DNA of 64,000 bases, taken from assembly GCA_041659765.1 (NCBI GenBank), contig JBAZXR010000001.1, positions 595,338 to 659,337 on the forward strand, written 5' to 3'. The stretch is from Patescibacteria group bacterium. GTDB lineage: Bacteria > Patescibacteriota > Patescibacteriia > UBA9934. Shown here in pieces: positions 9,347 to 18,315 of the stretch. How positions within the stretch are numbered: position 1 is the stretch's first letter; the number at the start of each line of letters is the position of its first letter. A model generated the notes under the pieces. The model was not told where the DNA came from, searched no databases, and saw nothing but the letters and a program-made list of their open reading frames with translations. The translations under genes were made by a program, and so were the position numbers.

Positions 9347-9769
9347 ATGCAAGTCATCATTCGCAGGCTTACTCCGGAAGTTCCAATGCCTGAATACAAA
9401 ACTTCAGGCGCCTGTGCGTTCGACATTGCGGTGATTGAAGAAGGAGTCTTGCAGCCGAATGAACGCCGACCATTCCGGACCGGACTAGTCGTCAAAGTAC
9501 CAGACGGACATATTCTTTTACTCGCCCCTCGCTCAAGTAATGCCAAAAAAGGCGTCAGACTAGCAAATGGCATAGGCTACATTGACCGCGATTACTGCGG
9601 ACCAACAGACGAGCTCTTCGCCTACCTCCATAATGTCGGGAACGAACCATACACGGTTCAAAAAGGCGAAAGAATCATGCAGGGCGTTATTGTTCCCTGC
9701 CCAGTCGTCACCTTCATCGAAGGCGAAACGGGAAACGCTGACCGAGGCGGATTTGGGACAACGGGATGA
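9347..9769 (+). CDS. dut: dUTP diphosphatase
   Basis: APRSS, IGYIDRDYCG, RGGFGTTG. Confidence 0.95.
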   Translation: MQVIIRRLTPEVPMPEYKTSGACAFDIAVIEEGVLQPNERRPFRTGLVVKVPDGHILLLAPRSSNAKKGVRLANGIGYIDRDYCGPTDELFAYLHNVGNEPYTVQKGERIMQGVIVPCPVVTFIEGETGNADRGGFGTTG

Positions 9770-9783
9770 TATAATCCCGCCAT

Positions 9784-10644
9784 ATGGCTTCTCTCATCTC
9801 TCTTGGGCAAGTGATCGATAAGACAATCGCCCACTATCGCAAACACTTTGTTGAACTCTTGAGCATTACGACTTGGATAGTCATCGCTTCAGTGCCCGCA
9901 GCGGCCGCTAAGATTTTGCAGCCATACACGGCTGGTACTGAACCTACGCCACTCCATATTTTCTATCTGGTCTTGAGCTACTCGGGCGCCATTCTGTTGG
10001 CAGTAGTCAGCACCTGGGTTTTACTAAGCATCATCATTGCGGTGGCCGAAGAAGCCTCCGGCACGACCCGTGACCAGAAAGCTCAAGGCAAAAAAGCCTG
10101 GAAATTATTTTTCTCTTACGTCTGGGTATCTATTCTGGTCTCCCTCGTCATGGCGTTAATTCTAGTTCCGCCATTCCTCGGGCTGGTCCTCATCATCATT
10201 GATGCTGCTCGCAATACGTCCACCGTTCTATCATCAATTGGCGGCGTACTGCTCTTCGTGGGAGCGCTCGTTTCTTTCATTCTCCTCGTTAAATACAGTA
10301 TTCAGTACGGCTTCGCCCCATACTCGCTGGTCTTAGAAAACGAGCATGGCGTTAAAGCACTTCAACACTCAGCTACGCTCGTCTCCGGACGCTGGTGGGG
10401 CACGTTCTTCCGTTTTGTGGTCCCCAAGCTCATCTATGCGCTGGTAGTTTTTGTCCTGAATTTCCTCCTCTTGGCGGTCCTCGCCATTCTCCTCATTGTT
10501 CTACTCGGTGAAGGCCAGCTCTACCAAGGGATTGGCAATGCGACCTGGCTTATATTAAGCTCAGTCGTAACGGCGCTCTCGCTACCGCTTATTGCCGTAA
10601 CGGACTTCTACATTTATGACAGCCTCAGAACTACCCGAAGTTAA
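9784..10644 (+). CDS. Multi-pass membrane protein
   Basis: About 6 TM helices; SATLVSGRWW motif. Confidence 0.85.
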   Translation: MASLISLGQVIDKTIAHYRKHFVELLSITTWIVIASVPAAAAKILQPYTAGTEPTPLHIFYLVLSYSGAILLAVVSTWVLLSIIIAVAEEASGTTRDQKAQGKKAWKLFFSYVWVSILVSLVMALILVPPFLGLVLIIIDAARNTSTVLSSIGGVLLFVGALVSFILLVKYSIQYGFAPYSLVLENEHGVKALQHSATLVSGRWWGTFFRFVVPKLIYALVVFVLNFLLLAVLAILLIVLLGEGQLYQGIGNATWLILSSVVTALSLPLIAVTDFYIYDSLRTTRS

Positions 10645-11359
10645 GCCCTCTCTTCCTAGCGTCTCTTCTCTCATTTCGACTTCCTACAAGTTCCTAGCCA
10701 CTCCCCCGCACACCTCCGTGCTCTTTGGCTTTGCCGGCTGGCTCTTGATACCTATTCTACTGAACCTTGGCTCAACTTTTCTGAGCCCGCAGGTGGGCGA
10801 AGTGGTTAATCTAATTTCCAACATCCTGGTCTTTGGTCTCTCCCTCTGGGCAACCGCTGCCATGACCATCATGATCACCGGTTTAGTCCGTCCCGATCTG
10901 GCGCCAAAAGATGTAGCCACGAGCGTCAGTGAACTAGCGTGGCGACGTGCCCCATCACTCCTCTGGGTTGGGCTGTTAGTTGCTGTTCTGCAAGCCTTTG
11001 GTCTCCTCCTGCTCGTCATCCCTGGGATTATCTTCACTGTTTGGTTCGCCTTTGCTGAAACCGAAGTGATTCTTACCGGGGCTGGCGTCTTCTCAGCCAT
11101 GGAACAAAGTCGCGAGCGAGTACGAGGGCAATTCTTCCCAGTACTCTGGCGCATGGTGGCTTTCTCGCTACTACTGACCACACTAGTCATGATGATTATT
11201 TGGCCCGTGCTGGTCCTCTCCGGCAATACCGATCTAATGATTGTCCTCACCACTCCCCCGGCGTGGTTAGACACTCTCATGAGCCTCCTTTCCGTCCTCC
11301 TCATGCCCCTCATTTTGACCTACGAACTCCATCTTTACTTTAGCCTCCGAAAGCCGTAA
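10616..11359 (+). CDS. Multi-pass membrane protein, likely paralog of the upstream gene
   Basis: LLLVIPGIIFTVWF, SRERVRGQFF. Confidence 0.85.
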   Translation: MTASELPEVKPSLPSVSSLISTSYKFLATPPHTSVLFGFAGWLLIPILLNLGSTFLSPQVGEVVNLISNILVFGLSLWATAAMTIMITGLVRPDLAPKDVATSVSELAWRRAPSLLWVGLLVAVLQAFGLLLLVIPGIIFTVWFAFAETEVILTGAGVFSAMEQSRERVRGQFFPVLWRMVAFSLLLTTLVMMIIWPVLVLSGNTDLMIVLTTPPAWLDTLMSLLSVLLMPLILTYELHLYFSLRKP

Positions 11360-11372
11360 GGTACTCACCGAT

Positions 11373-12884
11373 ATGAAACTCGAACCAGTCATCGGATTAG
11401 AAACGCACGTCCAGCTGAACACCAAGACTAAGCTCTTTTGTTCTTGTTCGGCACACGTGAATGACGCTGAGCCAAATGCAAACGTCTGCCCGGTCTGCAC
11501 CGGACATCCAGGTACGCTCCCGGTGCCTAACCGTCAGGCCATTTCTTGGGCTGTCATGCTCGGTCTAGCACTTGAAGGACGCATTACGCCAAAGAGCAAG
11601 TTTGACCGCAAGAACTATTTCTACCCAGACCTGCCAAAGGCCTATCAAATTTCGCAGTTTGACCTCCCGATCATGAGCGAAGGAAAGCTCGATGTAGAAA
11701 TCCCCGGCGAAAACAGAGTCGCTCGTATTCGCATTGAACGCATGCACTTGGAGGAAGATGCCGCTAAAAATATTCACGGTGAAAACGGCAAGACGTATGT
11801 GGATTTCAACCGCGGGGGCACGCCTCTGTGCGAAATTGTTACTCGACCAGATTTCAGAACAGCTGCCGAAGCAAAAGCGTATGTCCAGGAAATTCGCTTG
11901 ATTGTCCGCACTCTTGGCATTAGCGAGGGCGATCTCGAAAAAGGTCACCTGCGTTGCGACGTGAACATTTCGATGCGCGAAGTCGACGACAATGGCAAAC
12001 CAGTTTCGCCGGACCTGTCGCCCAAGACTGAAATCAAGAACATCAACTCTTTTAGAGCTATCGAACGTGCCATTGCCTACGAGATCAAGCGCCAGACAGC
12101 CCTTTGGGAAGAAGGCAACGCGCCTAAAATTACAATTACTAGAGGCTGGAACGATGCCAAGCAGATGACAGAAGGTCAGCGCGAAAAAGAAGACTCAGCT
12201 GATTACAGATATTTCCCGGAACCGGACATCCCACCACTGGAGCTTGAGAGCATCGCAAAGGACGCCAAGCATTTCATGCCAGAACTCCCCGCCGCTAAAC
12301 GTCTCCGCCTAAAGCGCGAATACGGCCTTAAGGATGATGACATCAAGCAGATTGTGGATGATCCCGCGCTCGCCAATTTCACCGAGAACGCCATGAGCGA
12401 ACTTGGCGCGTGGCTCGAAGCGAGACCAGATACAACCCCGGAACAAGTCGAGGAAGAACGCCGCAAGCTGACTAAGCTGTTCTCCGGCTGGTTGCTGTCA
12501 AAGCTCATGGGTCTGCTCCAGGAACGCGGAAGTGACGTGCGGATCATGAAACTTACTCCAGAAAACTTCGCGGAATTCATCACGCTCCTAGCCGACGGAA
12601 GAATTACCGGCCCGAAGGGACTTGAAGTGCTCGGTAAGATGCTCGACGACGGTTCAGACCCATCTCATGTAATAGACGAACTCGGTGCAACGCGAATGGA
12701 CGATCTCTCGGCGCTACAGAAAATTGTCGAAACAGTTGTAGAAGAAAACCCCAAAGAAGTTACGCGCTACAAAGCCGGAGAAACAAAACTCCTGCAGTTC
12801 CTAGTCGGACAGGTCATGAAAATCTCAAAAGGAAACGCTGATCCTGAGAAGACAGCGAGCGTCATTAAGAACGTACTCGGATAG
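11373..12884 (+). CDS. gatB: Asp/Glu-tRNA amidotransferase subunit B
   Basis: VIGLETHVQL, FDRKNYFYPDLPK, DYRYFPEPD. Confidence 0.98.
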   Translation: MKLEPVIGLETHVQLNTKTKLFCSCSAHVNDAEPNANVCPVCTGHPGTLPVPNRQAISWAVMLGLALEGRITPKSKFDRKNYFYPDLPKAYQISQFDLPIMSEGKLDVEIPGENRVARIRIERMHLEEDAAKNIHGENGKTYVDFNRGGTPLCEIVTRPDFRTAAEAKAYVQEIRLIVRTLGISEGDLEKGHLRCDVNISMREVDDNGKPVSPDLSPKTEIKNINSFRAIERAIAYEIKRQTALWEEGNAPKITITRGWNDAKQMTEGQREKEDSADYRYFPEPDIPPLELESIAKDAKHFMPELPAAKRLRLKREYGLKDDDIKQIVDDPALANFTENAMSELGAWLEARPDTTPEQVEEERRKLTKLFSGWLLSKLMGLLQERGSDVRIMKLTPENFAEFITLLADGRITGPKGLEVLGKMLDDGSDPSHVIDELGATRMDDLSALQKIVETVVEENPKEVTRYKAGETKLLQFLVGQVMKISKGNADPEKTASVIKNVLG

Positions 12885-13839
12885 CTTCAGCTACAGCCTC
12901 CTTTGCACTCGCGACCCAAGTGATTCGCGAGTCATGCTTGAACCACGTTTCCTGCCGTTTGGCGTAATGACGCGTATCAATCTTGATACGCGTTATTGCA
13001 TTAGAAAGAGTACTTTTTGCGTCCAAGAATTCGCAGATTTGGCGGTAGCCGATTCCCGTCATGCCCGGGGCCTCACTGCCGTACTTAGCGCGGAGGGCGC
13101 GGACTTCGTCCACCAGCCCTTTTGCGACCATAATGTCTACGCGGGTGTCGAGCCTGTCGTAGAGTGTCTCGCGAGGCACGCTCATACCGATCATGACGGG
13201 TTCATAAATCTTTTCGCCCCAAGAACGAGATTCGGCCAGCGGTTTTCCTGTGCCTCGAAGGATCTCGAGGGCGCGTTCGAGCCTTCTCCGATTCTTTTCG
13301 TCGATTGTGGTCGCTGCGTCAGGATCCAATTCGGCGATCTCATCAAACAGTTCAGTGTCACTCTTTGTAGCAACCTCCACGCGGAAGTTTGGATTCGGTG
13401 GAACCTCGGCAAAAGTTGGTCTGTCGACCACAGCGCGAATATACAAACCCGTACCGCCAACAAGAATTGGCATTTTCCCGCGCTTAACAATATCCGCAAT
13501 TTTCTTATCCGCATACGCCTGAAACTCGGAGACCGTGTAAACCTCGTCGGGGTCAGCGATGTCGAGACCCCAGTGAGGGATGCCGTCCACCATCAGAGGT
13601 CGTTCCTGGCCCAAGCCCGACCATCCACCCGGGTTAACCTCCTCCCTTCCGCCTCCTTGGTAAGGAGGAGGGGTCCAATCCCGGACACCCTCAGGTTTGG
13701 CCGTTCCGATGTCCATCCCCTTATAAATAGTTCGAGAATCGGCGCAAATCACTTCCCCATCCACCGCCCGGGCAACCGCAAGACCAGCGTCGGTTTTACC
13801 GGAAGCTGTGGGGCCAAGAATGACGATAAGTTTTTGCAT
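12865..13839 (-). CDS. miaA: tRNA dimethylallyltransferase, with an in-frame palindromic insert
   Basis: GPTASGKT, DIGTAKP, VGGTGLY, YAKRQETWF. Confidence 0.97.
   Translation of the reverse strand: MQKLIVILGPTASGKTDAGLAVARAVDGEVICADSRTIYKGMDIGTAKPEGVRDWTPPPYQGGGREEVNPGGWSGLGQERPLMVDGIPHWGLDIADPDEVYTVSEFQAYADKKIADIVKRGKMPILVGGTGLYIRAVVDRPTFAEVPPNPNFRVEVATKSDTELFDEIAELDPDAATTIDEKNRRRLERALEILRGTGKPLAESRSWGEKIYEPVMIGMSVPRETLYDRLDTRVDIMVAKGLVDEVRALRAKYGSEAPGMTGIGYRQICEFLDAKSTLSNAITRIKIDTRHYAKRQETWFKHDSRITWVASAKEAVAEAIRVRS
13636..13673. repeat. CCTCCTT/AAGGAGG palindromic element inside miaA
   Basis: aacctcctcccttccgcctccttggtaaggaggagggg; homologous to 42822-42857. Confidence 0.8.
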
Positions 13840-13893
13840 ACTGTGTATAGTTAACTATATAACAAATGTTCCATAAAGTACCATCAGGACAAT

Positions 13894-14214
13894 ATGAACA
13901 TGGAAAGAGGACCTAAATTTGTAATCGAGAGAAAGCCGACTGAGGAAGATAGAAAAAAATCCGAAGCCGCCTACGAGCAAGCGCACATGAATAGGACGGG
14001 GATAGAACTCCTACCGGATGACCCCATCAATCTCGCCCTCGAAGCGCAAGAAAAGGCAGCTGCCGAGAAAGTGGCGGTTCGCGAGGCCTATAAAAATCGC
14101 TCACCGGAAGTCGTCGCGGCAGCGAAAGCACGTGAAGTCACGCTCGAATCACAGGTGGCACGTTTCAAAGCCGAGGCACTTAAAGCCTACGACGAAGATC
14201 AAGAAGCTGCATAA
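13894..14214 (+). CDS. Hypothetical protein
   Basis: 106-aa charged ORF with AGGA upstream, followed by a terminator. Confidence 0.7.
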   Translation: MNMERGPKFVIERKPTEEDRKKSEAAYEQAHMNRTGIELLPDDPINLALEAQEKAAAEKVAVREAYKNRSPEVVAAAKAREVTLESQVARFKAEALKAYDEDQEAA

Positions 14215-14255
14215 AAAAAGGCGCGAGCGTTCCCGTGGGAGCGCTCGCGTTTGTT
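14213..14255. terminator. Bidirectional terminator
   Basis: GCGCGAGCGTTCCC/GGGAGCGCTCGCGT hairpin between convergent genes. Confidence 0.7.
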
Positions 14256-14268
14256 GTGACCCTAGAAC

Positions 14269-14943
14269 TTAGGACTTAGGAGACGCCTGACGGATCACGC
14301 GCCCGGCCGGCAGCTGATCCTCCACACACCGATAGACAGTGATGAGAAGGAGACTACAGTGAGACCAAGCCGTCGAATCCTTGTACTTTTCCGGGTTCGT
14401 GGTCTTCAGGCCGAGCGCCTGACGAATAGGCCGGTAGAATTCCTTCTTGTAGTACTCGGTCCGCGAAAATGCCTCGCGCTCAGCACATTCGAGGCTGTGC
14501 AGCATGTCGCTGTCACTGGTCTCGGCGAGCTCCTGCCGCACGGCCCGGATTACGTCTGCGCTGGGATCGTGGAGCTTGAAGGCCGAAGACTCGAGCAGAG
14601 CTTTGAGAGCCCCGATCAGATCAGCTGCCTCGCTACCCATGATTAGCTTGTTTCTCACCCGAATCTCGACCAACTCCTGGATCAAGGCCCCCAGGTTCGG
14701 CCAACGCTTCTCCCGCATGCTGGCAGTCAGCCAAGAGGCAATGACCTCCGGGCTGGCCGGCTCAAGCGGTTCTGATGGCGGCGGCGGAGGCGGAATGGCC
14801 AGCTGGACGCCTGGCTTGACTCGCTTGGCCGACTTAAAGTCGATCTTGATGACCTTCGACTCCCCCGTCGGGCTGACTGGTGTAGAGCTCCCGACGTACT
14901 TGCCTGTGAAATTCAACACATTGTCACGTTCAGAAATGGACAT
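14269..14943 (-). CDS. Hypothetical protein with a poly-Pro linker
   Basis: Long ORF; purine-rich SD-like sequence before the ATG at 14943; start uncertain. Confidence 0.65.
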   Translation of the reverse strand: MSISERDNVLNFTGKYVGSSTPVSPTGESKVIKIDFKSAKRVKPGVQLAIPPPPPPSEPLEPASPEVIASWLTASMREKRWPNLGALIQELVEIRVRNKLIMGSEAADLIGALKALLESSAFKLHDPSADVIRAVRQELAETSDSDMLHSLECAEREAFSRTEYYKKEFYRPIRQALGLKTTNPEKYKDSTAWSHCSLLLITVYRCVEDQLPAGRVIRQASPKS

Positions 14944-15034
14944 GCTTCCCCCTGGCATGAGGCTAAAACTAGCAGAAAATAAGCGTTTTGTCAACTGATG
15001 TATACTTGTAGCAATCATTCCCCCTTATTTTGTT

Positions 15035-16801
15035 ATGGCCAACGCGGATTCAATCAACGAGATCCAAATAGATTCCTCACCCCTGGAAGAAGCAGAGGTG
15101 ACGTGGTCTGGCGAAGCTAAAATCACCCCCATGCCGTCTCCGGAGGGTGTACCCGAACGCGGACCGGAAAAGCCCGCCACCACCCCAGTTGAGCGCCTAG
15201 GAAATAATGGCGAAATTGAGGTCTGGAACGCTTATGCTTTAGATACGGATAAAGGTAAAGTGTATTTTATTAACCAAAGAAATAAGGAACGCTGGGCGAT
15301 GGTCCCGGAAGCAGAATGGCTGGTGGAGCAGGAATTACTTGAGGCGACTAAAAAATTCTCTGGAGGCAAAACTTGGAGTACGTTCACTTCCCTACTCACC
15401 GAATCAAAAGATGGGTCGGCTGAACAAACAAAACTGAAAGAATACCTAGACCAAAATAAGGGTCGAATCTTGGAGTTTGCCGCCTGGATGGCCAAAGAGT
15501 ACAAAATCTCCAAAGAACAGGCCATCGAGCACACTAAGGAAAAAGTAAAAGCCGAGGCCGACAAAGCAACCGACAAGCGCTATTTCGAACTCGACTACGC
15601 CGTCATCGCTAAAGCAATCAATGAAGAAACGAGCGCTTTTAAAGTCCGCGAATGGGCCACGGAAGACGCCATACTAACGGCTCGTGAAAAAAGCGCAGCC
15701 GTGGTCAACTGGATCTCTCGCCAAGTGCAAATTGGAGAGGCTAAACCTTCGGAAGAAGTGACTTTAAATTTGGATCTTAGACGAGCGATTCGTGGTGATC
15801 AAAAATTGGAACGTCTAATGCTTGACCATGAGCTGGAAAAACCAGCAAATAAGGCCGATCTTGAAACGCCACTGGCCGCACTTTATGCCAAAGTAGCTAC
15901 CGAGCTAGACGCTCTTTACGGTGAAATTAAAAATAGCCAGCCGTCGCTTGGAGAACTCCGCCAAGAGAGTGAAACGCTGATTAATGACTTCAAACTTTAC
16001 AGCTACGCAGCCGCGCGTGACTTAGCCAAAAGTGCTTCTGACTTAAGTCCCCAGCTAAAAGAGTTCTTTGGCTTATCAGCCGAAACCAAGACAAAACGAG
16101 CTTCTAAAACAAAGGCTAGCAAGCCGTTAGAACCCATTAGTGAAGCTTTCGGCGGGCGAATTAAAAATATCCAAAACATTCCAGGCGACACAGGTGCTGA
16201 TGAAGTTCCGTTTGGTTTTGCTAATCCGGAACAAGTCTCCGTCTCTAACAGAGAGGCTCCCCAGAATCTCCCAGTCGAACCAGAAAAGGCAGAGATTACG
16301 GCAGTAATGCCCAAACGGCCAAAGCAGGTCACGCGCCGGTACGTAGTCCCCGAAGCGCCCAGAACCATCAGCGAACAGCTCCAAAACCTTCCGGAGACGA
16401 TTGAAGCCGAGAAAACGGAGCTCATCACGCCGGAAGAGAGACAGGCATCTTTAGCTAAAACAAAAATCGAGAAACCACCCAGAATCAAATCAAAAGCCAG
16501 GATGATTCTGGATCAGTCGTTGATGGAGGAGGGAAAGGCTAGTGAGCCAGGCTGGCTCGAGACACAGAACGCTGACGTTATCCCGCTCCCAGAAAAAGAA
16601 CAACCTCTAGAACCAGGGACGGATGTTCCAAAGTCGCGCAAAGCAAAAGAACTCGAGGCAGACTTCGATAAAGCGCATGAACCGCGCATGAGTACTTTTG
16701 AAGAACAGTATCTGCCGAGTAAGAGCAGAAATCGTCCGAATATCTTTAAACGCATGTGGAATGCTTTATTCGAAGCAGAAGACGCGGCGTTCGAAGAATA
16801 A
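15035..16801 (+). CDS. Hypothetical acidic, low-complexity protein
   Basis: 588-aa ORF, E/K/P-rich, no recognisable motif. Confidence 0.8.
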   Translation: MANADSINEIQIDSSPLEEAEVTWSGEAKITPMPSPEGVPERGPEKPATTPVERLGNNGEIEVWNAYALDTDKGKVYFINQRNKERWAMVPEAEWLVEQELLEATKKFSGGKTWSTFTSLLTESKDGSAEQTKLKEYLDQNKGRILEFAAWMAKEYKISKEQAIEHTKEKVKAEADKATDKRYFELDYAVIAKAINEETSAFKVREWATEDAILTAREKSAAVVNWISRQVQIGEAKPSEEVTLNLDLRRAIRGDQKLERLMLDHELEKPANKADLETPLAALYAKVATELDALYGEIKNSQPSLGELRQESETLINDFKLYSYAAARDLAKSASDLSPQLKEFFGLSAETKTKRASKTKASKPLEPISEAFGGRIKNIQNIPGDTGADEVPFGFANPEQVSVSNREAPQNLPVEPEKAEITAVMPKRPKQVTRRYVVPEAPRTISEQLQNLPETIEAEKTELITPEERQASLAKTKIEKPPRIKSKARMILDQSLMEEGKASEPGWLETQNADVIPLPEKEQPLEPGTDVPKSRKAKELEADFDKAHEPRMSTFEEQYLPSKSRNRPNIFKRMWNALFEAEDAAFEE

Positions 16802-16810
16802 CCAAGACAT

Positions 16811-17941
16811 ATGCAAATGTACAAATTCCCCAACTCGGATGCCATTCCTGGAGCGCCAAAACGAATGTTCAGTCCCAAACGACCACCAGTAGGCGAAGAA
16901 CGCGCCGACCACACAAAAGCTCTGTTTGAAGCACAGGCTGAAAGACGAGCGAAGACGCCAGAAAATAACAGTCGCGTCGCAATTACCGGAGCAGATGGAA
17001 AAGAATACACCGGCACGGTGTTATTAGCTGATGCAGAAGCTGGGACTTATGAGGCTGTCTACAGAAATGACAAGGGCGAGTTGGTAGTGGTCGAACAAAA
17101 CGTCGAGCAGGCTGAAGCGCCAAAGGCCGAGGCGGTCGAAGCCAAGGAGGCAGCTCCGGAGGTTTCGGCTGAGCAGGTAGTCGAGGCAAAGATGGAAGAA
17201 CTGAAAGAAGAACAAGAAGGAATGGCCGCTAAACTCAAAAAAGGAGCCACAGGCTTCATGAAGAGTTTTAGTAAATATTTTGCTGCAAAAACTGGTGAAC
17301 CGTTGAATGAAGATGCTTGGTTAGCCGAGGGCGATAAAATGACGGAGGTTAATGAAGAAGCGCAGGACGCACTCGAGCAGACATCCTCAGCTAAGAACAT
17401 TAAAGCTGCAGCCATGGAGCTTGGTGTTGGCGTATTTGAACAAAGCGCTATTCCAAAGATGATGAAAGCTGTGGCCGAAACCGTCGCCGCAGATTTAGTC
17501 ACTGATGAACTTACCCCGGGACGAAAATATATGGAGCGCGCCGCCTCTTGGCTGTCCGAAAAATTATCGCCGGTTGATTTTGAGATGGATGAAATCAACA
17601 AAGCAGAAGGCAGTCTTGAGTTTAGCAAAATGGCCCTTGAACAGAGCGTCTCGGCAGAAAATACTAAACTAGACAATGCTGTCACGGATCGCCGGCTAGA
17701 GAAACTCAAGGCAAAACTAGCCAAAAGCATTGGCGCTAAAGCAAAACTCATGACTCAGCCAAAAAACATGAGTCTGAGCGGACGACGGGACCCTCTGCGC
17801 GAACTTTCAGCCTCGATCGAAGCACAGTCAGGTGAAATCAGCGCTGAACTCGCAGATAGAGCCACACTTCTTGAGGCACTTAAAACTATTAGCGGCGCGG
17901 AACAAACAAAAGACGAGCTCGACGAACTACTCGCTGCTTAA
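16811..17941 (+). CDS. Hypothetical coiled-coil protein
   Basis: 376-aa E/A/K-rich ORF. Confidence 0.8.
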   Translation: MQMYKFPNSDAIPGAPKRMFSPKRPPVGEERADHTKALFEAQAERRAKTPENNSRVAITGADGKEYTGTVLLADAEAGTYEAVYRNDKGELVVVEQNVEQAEAPKAEAVEAKEAAPEVSAEQVVEAKMEELKEEQEGMAAKLKKGATGFMKSFSKYFAAKTGEPLNEDAWLAEGDKMTEVNEEAQDALEQTSSAKNIKAAAMELGVGVFEQSAIPKMMKAVAETVAADLVTDELTPGRKYMERAASWLSEKLSPVDFEMDEINKAEGSLEFSKMALEQSVSAENTKLDNAVTDRRLEKLKAKLAKSIGAKAKLMTQPKNMSLSGRRDPLRELSASIEAQSGEISAELADRATLLEALKTISGAEQTKDELDELLAA

Positions 17942-17949
17942 ACTATATT

Positions 17950-18315
17950 ATGGAGAACGCAAAGGAGAAGATTCAAGGGATTCTAGATCGAGCACCGTTG
18001 CCAGTTCAGATGCGTGCCTATTACAAGGCTCGACTGGAACGTGAAGGCGTTACGCCGATTTTGATCGAGAGCATCAAGAGCGCTATGCGCGCACTTGAGA
18101 ATGACGCTTTCGGTCGAACCGGCATCACGGTAGACGAAGACGATGACGTAGAAATTCAAAAAGCGGTCAACATGTATTCATCTGCAGTTGCAAAGGCTGC
18201 CGATGCTTACTTGAAGGCCGCTAATGAAGCCGTGGCTCAAACTGTGAAAATAACTGGTAAAGCTACTAAGAAGATTGAGAAGGCGGAGGTGGAGCTGCTT
18301 AAACAGGCAGCCTAG
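17950..18315 (+). CDS. Hypothetical protein
   Basis: 121-aa helical ORF closely spaced to the upstream genes. Confidence 0.7.
   Translation: MENAKEKIQGILDRAPLPVQMRAYYKARLEREGVTPILIESIKSAMRALENDAFGRTGITVDEDDDVEIQKAVNMYSSAVAKAADAYLKAANEAVAQTVKITGKATKKIEKAEVELLKQAA

Noticed and set aside
12934-13854. 306-aa + strand ORF
   Set aside because: Antisense shadow of miaA; the same applies to the many shadow ORFs over thrS, dnaE, pheT and recG
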